Part shown: piece by piece, positions 1 to 15,200 of the stretch
How positions within the stretch are numbered: the stretch's first letter is position 1
How the letters are laid out: each line of letters begins with the position of its first letter
DNA from: the human T2T-CHM13v2.0 reference genome, Homo sapiens
Reading direction: 5' to 3' (one strand)
DNA: 64,000 nucleotides
NCBI RefSeq assembly: GCF_009914755.1
Contig: NC_060940.1
Notes under the pieces: model-generated
Told to the model about the DNA's origin: nothing
Database searches by the model: none
The model's input: the letters and a program-made list of their open reading frames with translations, nothing else
Position numbers and translations under genes: made by a program

Positions 1-3000
1 CAATGATGATTCACTTCTCGTCCATTGGATGATTCCATTTCATTCCATTCGATGATGATTCCATTCGATTCCATTCGATGATTCCATTTGATTCCATGCG
101 TTGGTGAGCAATTCGATTCAATTCCATGATGATTCTATTTGATTCAATTAGATGATGTTTCCATTCGAATCCATTCCATGATTATTCCATTGGAATCCAT
201 TCGGCGATGATTCCATATGAGTCAATTCAATGATGATTCCATATGGGTCCGTTCGATGATAATTCCATTAGATTTCATTCGGTGCTTCTATTCAATTCCA
301 GTCGATGATGATTCCGTTGGAGTCCATACGATGATTCCATTTGATTTCATTTGATGATGATTCCATTCGATGATGATTACATTGGATTCCATTCTATGAT
401 TCCATTCAATTCCATTCGTTGATGATTCGATTCCATTCAATGATGATTCCATTTGAGTTCATTCGATGATTCTATTCGATTCCGTTCGATGGTGATTCAA
501 TTCTCTTATATTGGATGAATCCACTCGATTCCATTTGATGATTATTCCATTGGAGTCCACTTAGTGAATCCTTCAGATTCTACTCGAAGATGATTCCATT
601 CAAGTCCATTCGATGATACCATTCAATTCCATTCGTTGATGCTTCCATTCAAGTGCATTCGATGATATCATTCGATTCCATTTGATGATAATTCCATTTG
701 ATTCCATGCGATGATTCTATTCGATTCCATTCAATGATAATTCCATTCAGTTCAGTGATTCCTCTGGACTCCATTTGATGATGATTCCATTCAATGATTC
801 CATTCGATTCTATTCGAAAGTGATTCCATTTGAATCCATTTGATGATGATTCCATTAGATTCCATTTGATGATTCCATTCGATTCCATGCGACGATGATT
901 CCATTCGATTCCATGTGATGATTCCATTCTATTCTATTCGATGATGATTCCATTCGATTCCATTCGATGATGATTGGATTCGATTCCATTTGATGATATC
1001 ATTTGTTTCCATTCGTTAATGATTTCGATCAATTCCATTCGATGATTCCATTCGATTCCATTCGATAATGATTACATCCGTGTCCATTCAGTGATTCCAT
1101 TTGAGCCTGTTCGATAATTCCATTTGAGTCCAACCAATGATTCCATTCATTTCCATTCAATGATTCCATTCGAGTCCATTTGATCATTCCGGTAGGGTCC
1201 ATTCGATGTTGATTCCATTGGAGTGCATTCGATGATTCCATTCGAGTCCATTTTACGATTTGATTCGAGTCCTTTCGATGATTCCATTCGATTCCACTCG
1301 ATGATGATTTCATTCGAGTCCATTCGACACTTCCAATCGATTCCATTTGATGTTTCCATTCGAGTCCAATTGATGATTCCATTCAATTCCATTCGATGAT
1401 GATTCCGTACGATTCCATTCTGTGATGATTCCATGTGATTGCATTCAATGATGATTCCTTTAGATTGCATTCGATTGTGATTCATTTCGTCTTCATTCTA
1501 TGGTTCCACAGGTTTCCATTCGTGTCCATTCCATTATTCCATTCTATTCCATTTGATGATGATTCCATTCGATTCCATTCATTGGTGATTCCACTCAATT
1601 CCATTCAATGATTCCATTCCATTTCTTTCAACAATGATTCCATTAGTTTCTAATCGATGATCCACTTGATTCCATTTGACGACGATTCCATTCTTGTCCA
1701 TTCGATGATTCCATTTGATTCCATATGATGATGATTCCATTCGATTCCATACCATGATGATTCCATTCGAGTCCATTCAATGGTGATTCCATTCAATTCC
1801 ATTCGATGATTCCTTTCGATTCCATTCGATGATGATGGCATTCGATTCCTTTCAATCATTCCCTTTGATTGCATTCAAAGGTGATTTCATTCAAGTCCAT
1901 TCGATAATTGCATTCGATTCCATTCTATGATGATTCCATTCGAGTCCATTTGATGATTCCATTCAATTCAAGTCAATGATGATTCCATTCGATTCCATTC
2001 GATGATTCCATTGGATTCCATTCGATGATGATTCCATTCAAATCCATTCGATAATTCAATTCAAGTCCATTCGATGATGATTAAAATCGAATCCATTCAA
2101 AGATTCCATTCAGTTCCATTCGATGATTCCCTTAGATTCCATTCGATGATTCCACTTGATTTCATTTACGATGATTCCATTCGATTCCATGTGATGATTC
2201 CATTCAATTCTATTCAATGCTGTTTCCATTTGATTCCATTCGACCATGATTGCCTTTGATTCCATTCAATGACTCCATTCGGTTCCTTTTGATGATGATT
2301 CCGTTCGATTCCATTTCATTATTCCATTTGATTCCATTGGATGAGTCCATTCGATTACATTCGATGATTATTCCATTCGAGTGCATTAGATGATTCCATT
2401 CGAGTCCATTCGATGATTCCATTCGATTCCATTCGATGTTGATTCTGTTCAAATCCATTCGATGATTCCACTCGATTCCATTCGATGACTCCAGTTGATC
2501 CCATTCGATGATTTCCTTTGATTCCCTTTGATGATCATTCCATTTGATTCAATTCGGTGATTTCATTTGATTCCATTCAGTGATGTTTCCATTCGACTCC
2601 ATTCGATGATGATTCCATTCGACTCCATTCGATTATGATTTCATTCAATTCCATTCGATAATGATTCCCTTCGAGTCCATTCGATGATTCCATTCGATTC
2701 CATTCAACGATGATTTGATTCGTGTCCATTCGATGATTCCATTTGATTCCACTTGATGATGATTCCATTCGAGTCCATTTGATGATTCCATTCAATTCCA
2801 TTCTCCGATGATTTCTTTTGAGCCCATTCAATGCTTCCACTCGATTCCATATGATGATGACTCCATTCGATGAAATTCGATGATGATTCCATTCGCTTGC
2901 ATTCGATGATGATTCCACTTGAGTCCATTAGAAGATTCTATTCAATTACATTCCATGACGATTCCGTTCGAGTCCATTTGATGATTCCATTAGACTCCAT

Positions 3001-6000
3001 TCGACGATGATTCCATTCGATGTTATTCGATGATTCCATTCGATCTCATTCGATGATGATTCCATTCAACTCCATTCGATGTTTCCATTCGAGTTCATTC
3101 TATTATTCCATTAGATTCCATTCGATGATGATTCCATTCGATTCCATTTGATGATTGCATTCTATTTCATTTGATGATGATTCCATTCGAGTCCACTCGA
3201 TGATTCCATTCGAGTCCATTTAATGAATCCATTGGTTTCAATTCTATGATGATTACATTGGATTCCATTCGTTGATGATTTCATTCGGTTCCATTCAATG
3301 ATGATTCAATTCAATTCCTTTCAATGTTTCCATTCAATTCCATACGATGATGATTCCATTTGATTTGATTCGACAGTGAGCCATTCGATTCAATTCCATG
3401 ATGATTCTATTTGATTCCATTGGTTGACATTTCCATTCGATTCCATTCGATGATGATTCCCTTTGATTCCATTCAAAGATGATTCCATTCTAGCCCATTC
3501 AATCATTCCATTCGAATCTATTCAATGATGATTCCATTCATGTCGATTTCGTGATTCCATTTGACTTCATTTGATGATGATTCCTTTCAAGTTCATTAGA
3601 TGATTCCATTCGATTCCATTTGATGATGATCCCATTCGAGTCCATTCAGTGATTCCACTCGTTTCCATTCCATGATGATTCCATTCCATTCCATGCAATG
3701 ATTCCATTCGATTCCGTTTGATGATGATTTCATTCGAGTCCATTTGATGATTCCATTTGATTCCATTCGATGATGATTCCATTCGAGTCCATTCGATGAT
3801 TCTATTCGAATCCATTTGATGATTTCTTTTGATTATAGTTGGTGATGATTCCATTGGAGTCCATTCAATGATTCCATTCGATTCCAATCGATGGTGATTC
3901 CATTAGAGTCCATTTAATGATTCCATTTGATTCCAGTCTCTGATGATTACATTCGAGTCCATACGATGATTCCACTCAATTCCATATCATGATGATTCCA
4001 TTCGATTCCATTCGATGATTCCATTCTATTCTATTCAATGGTGATTCCATTCGAGTACATTAGATGATTCCATTCGATTCCATTCAGTGATGATTCTATT
4101 TGTGTCCCTTAGATGATTCCACATGATTCCATTAGATGATGATACTATTTGAGCCCATCCAATGATTCCCTTCGATTCCATTCGATGAGGATTCCATTCG
4201 ATTCAATTCATTGGTGATTCTATTCAATTCAATTCTTTGATTCCATTCCATTCCATTCGACAATGATTCCATTCGATTTCTTTCGATGATTCCACTCGAT
4301 TCCACTTGACATTGATTCCCTTCGATTCCATTCAATGATTCCATTTGATTCCAGTGGATGATGATTGCCATCGATTCCATTTGATCACTCCATTCTATTC
4401 CACTTGATGATGATTACATTCGATTCCATTTGACGATTCCATCTGATTCTATTCGAGGATTCCATTTGATTCCATTCGATGATGATTCCATTCGAGTCCA
4501 TTCGATGATATCATTCGAGTACATCCAATGATTCCATTCGAGTCCATTTGATGATTCCATTTGATTCCATTTGATAATGATTCTACTAGAGTCCATTCAA
4601 TGACTCCATTGGAGTCCATTCAACAATTCCATTCGACTCCATTTGATGATTCCATTGGATTCCATTTGATGATTCCATTCGAGTCCATTTAATCATTACA
4701 GTCGAGTCCATTTGGTGATTCCACCGGATTTCTTTTGATAATGATACCATTCAATTACATTTGATGATGATCCCATTCAATTTCATTTGATGATGATTCC
4801 ATTAGAGTCCATTCGATGATTTCATTCGAGTCCCTTCATTGATTCCATCCGATTTCATTGGATGATGACTCCATTCGAGTCCATTCGATGATTCCACTCG
4901 ATTCCATTAGATGGTTCCATTGGAGTCCATTTGATTGTTCCATTCGATTCCATTCGATTCCTTTCGAAGATTATTCCATTTGAGTCCATTCGATGATGAT
5001 TCCATTCCATTCCATTCGATGATTCCGTTTGATTCCATTTGATGATTCCCTTCGATTCCTTTCTTTGATGATTCCATTCCATTCCATTCAATGATTCCAT
5101 TCGAATCTATTCCATGATGATTCCTTTCGATTCCATTCGCTGATGTTTCCGTTCAATTCCATTCGATGATGATTCCATTCGATTCCATTCATTGAGGATT
5201 CCATTTGATTCCATTCAATGATGATTCCGTTCTATTCCATTCAATGATTGCATTCAATTCCATTCAGTGATTATCCCCTTAGAGTAAACTCAACGATTCC
5301 ATTCAATACCATTCGATGATGATTCCTTTTGAGTCCATTCAATGATTTCATTCAAGTCCATTTGATGATTCCTTTGAATTCCATTCTATGATGATTCCAT
5401 TCGAGTCCATTCGATGATTCCATTCGATTGCATTCGATGATTCCATTATATTCCAGTCAACGATGATTCCATTCGAGTCCATTCGATGATTCCATTAGAG
5501 TACATTTAATGATTGCTTTGTTTTCAATTCGAAGATGATTACATTGGATTCCATTCTATGATACCATTCGATTCCATTCAATGATGATTCCACTCAAATC
5601 CATTGGATGATTCCATTCGTGTCCATTCGGTGATTTCATTAGATTCCATTCGAGGATGATTCCATTCGATTCCATTCGATGATTCCATTCAATTCCGTTC
5701 GAGGATGATTCCATTCCAGTCCATATGATCATTCCATTTGATTTCATTCGATGATGATTCCATTCGATTCCATTCGATGATTCCATTCTATTCCATTCGA
5801 TGATGATTCCATTCGAGTCCATTCGATGATTCCATTCGAGTCCATTTAATGATTCCATTGGGTTCAATTCAATGATGATTACATTGGATTCCGTTCTATG
5901 ATTCCATTCAATTCCGTTCATTGACAATTTGATTCCATTCGATGATGATTCCATTTGAGTTCATTCGATGATTCTATTCGATTCTCTTCGATGGTGATTC

Positions 6001-6112
6001 AATTCTATTATATTGGATGATTCCATTCGATTCCATTTGATGTTGATTCAATTCGATTCTATTCGATGATGATTCCATTGGATTTCACTTGATGATTCTA
6101 TTCGATTCCATT
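1..6112 (+). repeat. 6,112-bp higher-order unit (HOR), copy 1 (phase set arbitrarily by window start)
   Basis: Marker caatgatgattcacttctcgtcc occurs at 1 and again at 6113; all ORF-track entries recur at +6112 (649->6761, 5556->11668). Confidence 0.97.
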
Positions 6113-9100
6113 CAATGATGATTCACTTCTCGTCCATTGGATGATTCCATTTCATTCCATTCGATGATGATTCCATTCGATTCCATTCGATGATTCCATT
6201 TGATTCCATGCGTCGGTGAGCAATTCGATTCAATTCCATGATGATTCTATTTGATTCAATTAGATGATGTTTCCATTCGAATCCATTCCATGATTATTCC
6301 ATTGGAATCCATTCGGCGATGATTCCATATGAGTCAATTCAATGATGATTCCATATGGGTCCGTTCGATGATAATTCCATTTGATTTCATTCGGTGCTTC
6401 TATTCAATTCCAGTCGATGATGATTCCGTTGGAGTCCATACGATGATTCCATTTGATTTCATTTGATGATGATTCCATTCGATGATGATTACATTGGATT
6501 CCATTCTATGATTCCATTCAATTCCATTCGTTGATGATTCGATTCCATTCAATGATGATTCCATTTGAGTTCATTCGATGATTCTATTCGATTCCGTTCG
6601 ATGGTGATTCAATTCTCTTATATTGGATGAATCCACTCGATTCCATTTGATGATTATTCCATTGGAGTCCACTTAGTGAATCCTTCAGATTCTACTCGAA
6701 GATGATTCCATTCAAGTCCATTCGATGATACCATTCAATTCCATTCGTTGATGCTTCCATTCAAGTGCATTCGATGATATCATTCGATTCCATTTGATGA
6801 TAATTCCATTTGATTCCGTGCGATGATTCTATTCGATTCCATTCAATGATAATTCCATTCAGTTCAGTGATTCCTCTGGACTCCATTTGATGATGATTCC
6901 ATTCAATGATTCCATTCGATTCTATTCGAAAGTGATTCCATTTGAATCCATTTGATGATGATTCCATTAGATTCCATTTGATGATTCCATTCGATTCCAT
7001 GCGACGATGATTCCATTCGATTCCATGTGATGATTCCATTCTATTCTATTCGATGATGATTCCATTCGATTCCATTCGATGATGATTGGATTCGATTCCA
7101 TTTGATGATATCATTTGATTCCATTCGTTAATGATTTCGATCAATTCCATTCGATGATTCCATTCGATTCCATTCGATAATGATTACATCCGTGTCCATT
7201 CAGTGATTCCATTTGAGCCTGTTCGATAATTCCATTTGAGTCCAACCAATGATTCCATTCATTTCCATTCAATGATTCCATTCGAGTCCATTTGATCATT
7301 CCGGTAGGGTCCATTCGATGTTGATTCCATTGGAGTGCATTCGATGATTCCATTCGAGTCCATTTTACGATTTGATTCGAGTCCTTTCGATGATTCCATT
7401 CGATTCCACTCGATGATGATTTCATTCGAGTCCATTCGACACTTCCAATCGATTCCATTTGATGTTTCCATTCGATTCCAATTGATGATTCCATTCAATT
7501 CCATTCGATGATGATTCCGTAGGATTCCATTCTGTGATGATTCCATGTGATTGCATTCAATGATGATTCCTTTAGATTGCATTCGATTGTGATTCATTTC
7601 GTCTTCATTCTATGGTTCCACAGGTTTCCATTCGTGTCCATTCCATTATTCCATTCTATTCCATTTGATGATGATTCCATTCGATTCCATTCATTGGTGA
7701 TTCCACTCAATTCCATTCAATGATTCCATTCCATTTCTTTCAACAATGATTCCATTAGTTTCTAATCGATGATCCACTTGATTCCATTTGACGACGATTC
7801 CATTCTTGTCCATTCGATGGTTCCATTTGATTCCATATGATGATGATTCCATTCGATTCCATACGATGATGATTCCATTCGAGTCCATTCAATGGTGATT
7901 CCATTCAATTCCATTCGATGATTCCTTTCGATTCCATTCGATGATGATGGCATTCGATTCCTTTCAATCATTCCCTTTGATTCCATTCAAAGGTGATTTC
8001 ATTCAAGTCCATTCGATAATTGCATTCGATTCCATTCTATGATGATTCCATTCGAGTCCATTTGATGATTCCATTCAATTCAAGTCAATGATGATTCCAT
8101 TCGATTCCATTCGATGATTCCATTGGATTCCATTCGATGATGATTCCATTCAAATCCATTCGATAATTCAATTCAAGTCCATTCGATGATGATTAAAATC
8201 GAATCCATTCAAAGATTCCATTCAGTTCCATTCGATGATTCCCTTAGATTCCATTCGATGATTCCACTTGATTTCATTTACGATGATTCCATTCGATTCC
8301 ATGTGATGATTCCATTCAATTCTATTCAATGCTGTTTCCATTTGATTCCATTCGACCATGATTGCCTTTGATTCCATTCAATGACTCCATTCGGTTCCTT
8401 TTGATGATGATTCCGTTCGATTCCATTTCATTATTCCATTTGATTCCATTGGATGAGTCCATTCGATTACATTCGATGATTATTACATTCGAGTGCATTA
8501 GATGATTCCATTCGAGTCCATTCGATGATTCCATTCGATTCCATTCGATGTTGATTCTGTTCAAATCCATTCGATGATTCCACTCGATTCCATTCGATGA
8601 CTCCAGTTGATCCCATTCGATGATTTCCTTTGATTCCCTTTGATGATCATTCCATTTGATTCAATTCGGTGATTTCATTTGATTCCATTCAGTGATGTTT
8701 CCATTCGACTCCATTCGATGATGATTCCATTCGACTCCATTCGATTATGATTTCATTCAATTCCATTCGATAATGATTCCCTTCGAGTCCATTCGATGAT
8801 TCCATTCGATTCCATTCAACGATGATTTGATTCGTGTCCATTCGATGATTCCATTTGATTCCACTTGATGATGATTCCATTCGAGTCCATTTGATGATTC
8901 CATTCAATTCCATTCTCCGATGATTTCTTTTGAGCCCACTCAATGCTTCCACTCGATTCCATATGATGATGACTCCATTCGATGAAATTCGATGATGATT
9001 CCATTCGCTTGCATTCGATGATGATTCCACTTGAGTCCATTAGAAGATTCTATTCAATTACATTCCATGACGATTCCGTTCGAGTCCATTTGATGATTCC

Positions 9101-12100
9101 ATTAGACTCCATTCGACGATGATTCCATTCGATGTTATTCGATGATTCCATTCGATCTCATTCGATGATGATTCCATTCAACTCCATTCGATGTTTCCAT
9201 TCGAGTTCATTCTATTATTCCATTAGATTCCATTCGATGATGATTCCATTCGATTCCATTTGATGATTGCATTCTATTTCATTTGATGATGATTCCATTC
9301 GAGTCCACTCGATGATTCCATTCGAGTCCATTTAATGAATCCATTGGTTTCAATTCTATGATGATTACATTGGATTCCATTCGTTGATGATTTCATTCGG
9401 TTCCATTCAATGATGATTCCATTCAATTCCTTTCAATGTTTCCATTCAATTCCATACGATGATGATTCCATTTGATTTGATTCGACAGTGAGCCATTCGA
9501 TTCAATTCCATGATGATTCTATTTGATTCCATTGGTTGACATTTCCATTCGATTCCATTCGATGATGATTCCCTTTGATTCCATTCAAAGATGATTCCAT
9601 TCTAGCCCATTCAATCATTCCATTCGATTCTATTCAATGATGATTCCATTCATGTCGATTTGGTGATTCCATTTGACTTCATTTGATGATGATTCCTTTC
9701 AAGTTCATTAGATGATTCCATTCGATTCCATTTGATGATGATCCCATTCGAGTCCATTCAGTGATTCCACTCGTTTCCATTCCATGATGATTCCATTCCA
9801 TTCCATGCAATGATTCCATTCGATTCCGTTTGATGATGATTTCATTCGAGTCCATTTGATGATTCCATTTGATTCCATTCGATGATGATTCCATTCGAGT
9901 CCATTCGATGATTCTATTCGAATCCATTTGATGATTTCTTTTGATTATATTTGGTGATGATTCCATTGGAGTCCATTCAATGATTCCATTCGATTCCAAT
10001 CGATGGTGATTCCATTAGAGTCCATTTAATGATTCCATTTGATTCCAGTCTCTGATGATTACATTCGAGTCCATACGATGATTCCACTCAATTCCATATG
10101 ATGATGATTCCATTTGATTCCATTCGGTGATTCCGTTCTATTCTATTCAATGGTGATTCCATTCGAGTACATTAGATGATTCCATTCGATTCCATTCATT
10201 GATGATTCTATTTGTGTCCCTTAGATGATTCCACATGATTCCATTAGATGATGATACTATTTGAGCCCATCCAATGATTCCCTTCGATTCCATTCGATGA
10301 GGATTCCATTCGATTCAATTCATTGGTGATTCTATTCAATTCAATTCTTTGATTCCATTCCATTCCATTCGACAATGATTCCATTCGATTTCTTTCGATG
10401 ATTCCACTCGATTCCACTTGACATTGATTCCCTTCGATTCCATTCAATGATTCCATTTGATTCCAGTGGATGATGATTGCCATCGATTCCATTTGATCAC
10501 TCCATTCTATTCCACTTGATGATGATTACATTCGATTCCATTTGACGATTCCATCTGATTCTATTCGAGGATTCCATTTGATTCCATTCGATGATGATTC
10601 CATTCGAGTCCATTCGATGATATCATTCGAGTACATCCAATGATTCCATTCGAGTCCATTTGATGATTCCATTTGATTCCATTTGATAATGATTCTACTA
10701 GAGTCCATTCAATGACTCCATTGGAGTCCATTCAACAATTCCATTCGACTCCATTTGATGATTCCATTGGATTCCATTTGATGATTCCATTCGAGTCCAT
10801 TTAATCATTACAATCGAGTCCATTTGGTGATTCCACCGGCTTTCTTTTGATAATGATACCATTCAATTACATTTGATGATGATCCCATTCAATTTCATTT
10901 GATGATGATTCCATTAGAGTCCATTCCATGATTTCATTCGAGTCCCTTCATTGATTCCATCCGATTTCATTGGATGATGACTCCATTCGAGTCCATTCGA
11001 TGATTCCACTCGATTCCATTAGATGATTCCATTGGAGTCCATTTGATTGTTCCATTCGATTCCATTCGATTCCTTTCGAAGATTATTCCATTTGAGTCCA
11101 TTCGATGATGATTCCATTCCATTCCATTCGATGATTCCGTTTGATTCCATTCGATGATTCCCTTCCATTCCTTTCTTTGATGATTCCATTCCATTCCATT
11201 CAATGATTCCATTCGAATCTATTCCATGATGATTCCTTTCGATTCCATTCGCTGATGTTTCCGTTCAATTCCATTCGATGATGATTCCATTCGATTCCAT
11301 TCATTGAGGATTCCATTTGATTCCATTCAATGATGATTCCGTTCTATTCCATTCAATGATTGCATTCAATTCCATTCAGTGATTATCCCCTTAGAGTAAA
11401 CTCAACGATTCCATTCAATACCATTCGATGATGATTCCTTTTGAGTCCATTCAATGATTTCATTCAAGTCCATTTGATGATTCCTTTCAATTCCATTCTA
11501 TGATGATTCCATTCGAGTCCATTCGATGATTCCATTCGATTGCATTCGATTATTCCATTATATTCCAGTCAACGATGATTCCATTCGAGTCCATTCGATG
11601 ATTCCATTAGAGTACATTTAATGATTGCTTTGTTTTCAATTCGAAGATGATTACATTGGATTCCATTCTATGATACCATTCGATTCCATTCAATGATGAT
11701 TCCACTCAAATCCATTGGATGATTCCATTCGTGTCCATTCGGTGATTTCATTAGATTCCATTCGAGGATGATTCCATTCGATTCCATTCGATGATTCCAT
11801 TCAATTCCATTCGAGGATGATTCCATTCCAGTCCATATGATCATTCCATTTGATTTCATTCGATGATGATTCCATTCGATTCCATTCGATGATTCCATTC
11901 TATTCCATTCGATGATGATTCCATTCGAGTCCATTCGATGATTCCATTCGAGTCCATTTAATGATTCCATTGGGTTCAATTCAATGATGATTACATTGGA
12001 TTCCGTTCTATGATTCCATTCAATTCCGTTCATTGACAATTTGATTCCATTCGATGATGATTCCATTTGAGTTCATTCGATGATTCTATTCGATTCTCTT

Positions 12101-12224
12101 CGATGGTGATTCAATTCTATTATATTGGATGATTCCATTCGATTCCATTTGATGTTGATTCAATTCGATTCTATTCGATGATGATTCCATTGGATTTCAC
12201 TTGATGATTCTATTCGATTCCATT
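6113..12224 (+). repeat. 6,112-bp HOR copy 2
   Basis: Marker at 6113 and 12225; constant +6112 offset; only scattered substitutions relative to copy 1. Confidence 0.97.
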
Positions 12225-15200
12225 CAATGATGATTCACTTCTCGTCCATTGGATGATTCCATTTCATTCCATTCGATGATGATTCCATTCGATTCCATTC
12301 GATGATTCCATTTGATTCCATGCGTCGGTGAGCAATTCGATTCAATTCCATGATGATTCTATTTGATTCAATTAGATGATGTTTCCATTCGAATCCATTC
12401 CATGATTATTCCATTGGAATCCATTCGGCGATGATTCCATATGAGTCAATTCAATGATGATTCCATATGGGTCCGTTCGATGATAATTCCATTTGATTTC
12501 ATTCGGTGCTTCTATTCAATTCCAGTCGATGATGATTCCGTTGGAGTCCATACGATGATTCCATTTGATTTCATTTGATGATGATTCCATTCGATGATGA
12601 TTACATTGGATTCCATTCTATGATTCCATTCAATTCCATTCGTTGATGATTCGATTCCATTCAATGATGATTCCATTTGAGTTCATTCGATGATTCTATT
12701 CGATTCCGTTCGATGGTGATTCAATTCTCTTATATTGGATGAATCCACTCGATTCCATTTGATGATTATTCCATTGGAGTCCACTTAGTGAATCCTTCAG
12801 ATTCTACTCGAAGATGATTCCATTCAAGTCCATTCGATGATACCATTCAATTCCATTCGTTGATGCTTCCATTCAAGTGCATTCGATGATATCATTCGAT
12901 TCCATTTGATGATAATTCCATTTGATTCCATGCGATGATTCTATTCGATTCCATTCAATGATAATTCCATTCAGTTCAGTGATTCCTCTGGACTCCATTT
13001 GATGATGATTCCATTCAATGATTCCATTCGATTCTATTCGAAAGTGATTCCATTTGAATCCATTTGATGATGATTCCATTAGATTCCATTTGATGATTCC
13101 ATTCGATTCCATTTGACGATGATTCCATTCGATTCCATGTGATGATTCCATTCTATTCTATTCGATGATGATTCCATTCGATTCCATTCGATGATGATTG
13201 GATTCGATTCCATTTGATGATTTCATTTGATTCCATTCGTTAATGATTTCGATCAATTCCATTCGATGATTTCATTCGATTCCATTCGATAATGATTACA
13301 TCCGTGTCCATTCAGTGATTCCATTTGAGCCTGTTCGATAATTCCATTTGAGTCCAACCAATGATTCCATTCATTTCCCTTCCATGATTCCATTCGAGTC
13401 CATTTGATCATTCCGGTAGGGTCCATTCGATGTTGATTCCATTGGAGTGCATTCGATGATTCCATTCGAGTCCATTTTATGATTTGATTCGAGTTCTTTC
13501 GATGATTCCATTCGATTCCACTCGATGATGATTTCATTCGAGTCCATTCGACACTTCCAATCGATTCCATTTGATGTTTCCATTCGAGTCCAATTGATGA
13601 TTCCATTCAATTCCATTCGATGATGATTCCGTACGATTCCATTCTGTGATGATTCCATGTGATTGCATTCAATGATGATTCCTTTAGATTGCATTCGATT
13701 GTGATTCATTTCGTCTTCATTCTATGGTTCCACAGGTTTCCATTCGTGTCCATTCCATTATTCCATTCTATTCCATTTGATGATGATTCCATTCGATTCC
13801 ATTCATTGGTGATTCCACTCAATTCCATTCAATGATTCCATTCCATTTCTTTCAACAATGATTCCATTAGTTTCTAATCGATGATCCACTTGATTCCATT
13901 TGACGACGATTCCATTCTTGTCCATTCGATGATTCCATTTGATTCCATATGATGATGATTCCATTCGATTCCATACGATGATGATTCCATTCGAGTCCAT
14001 TCAATGGTGATTCCATTCAATTCCATTCGATGATTCCTTTCGATTCCATTCGATGATGATGGCATTCGATTCCTTTCAATCATTCCCTTTGATTCCATTC
14101 AAAGGTGATTTCATTCAAGTCCATTCGATAATTGCATTCGATTCCATTCTATGATGATTCCATTCGAGTCCATTTGATGATTCCATTCAATTCAAGTCAA
14201 TGATGATTCCATTCGATTCCATTCGATGATTCCATTGGATTCCATTCGATGATGATTCCATTCAAATCCATTCGATAATTCAATTCAAGTCCATTCGATG
14301 ATGATTAAAATCGAATCCATTCAAAGATTCCATTCAGTTCCATTCGATGATTCCCTTAGATTCCATTCGATGATTCCACTTGATTTCATTTACGATGATT
14401 CCATTCGATTCCATGTGATGATTCCATTCAATTCTATTCAATGCTGTTTCCATTTCTTTCCATTCGACCATGATTGCCTTTGATTCCATTCAATGACTCC
14501 ATTCGGTTCCTTTTGATGATGATTCCGTTCGATTCCATTTCATTATTCCATTTGATTCCATTGGATGAGTCCATTCGATTACATTCGATGATTATTCCAT
14601 TCGAGTGCATTAGATGATTCCATTCGAGTCCATTCGATGATTCCATTCGATTCCATTCGATGTTGATTCTGTTCAAATCCATTCGATGATTCCACTCGAT
14701 TCCATTCGATGACTCCAGTTGATCCCATTCGATGATTTCCTTTGATTCCCTTTGATGATCATTCCATTTGATTCAATTCGGTGATTTCATTTGATTCCAT
14801 TCAGTGATGTTTCCATTCGACTCCATTCGATGATGATTCCATTCGACTCCATTCGATGATGATTCCATTCGACTCCATTCGATTATGATTTCATTCAATT
14901 CCATTCGATAATGATTCCCTTCGAGTCCATTCGATGATTCCATTCGATTCCATTCAACGATGATTTGATTCGTGTCCATTCGATGATTCCATTTGATTCC
15001 ACTTGATGATGATTCCATTCGAGTCCATTTGATGATTCCATTCAATTCCATTCTCCGATGATTTCTTTTGAGCCCACTCAATGCTTCCACTCGATTCCAT
15101 ATGATGATGACTCCATTCGATGAAATTCGATGATGATTCCATTCGCTTGCATTCGATGATGATTCCACTTGAGTCCATTAGAAGATTCTATTCAATTACA

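Noticed and set aside
2074-2259. Plus-strand 61-aa ORF conserved across HOR copies
   Set aside because: Conservation simply reflects near-identity of the repeat units; it is absent from the ORF track in several variant units.
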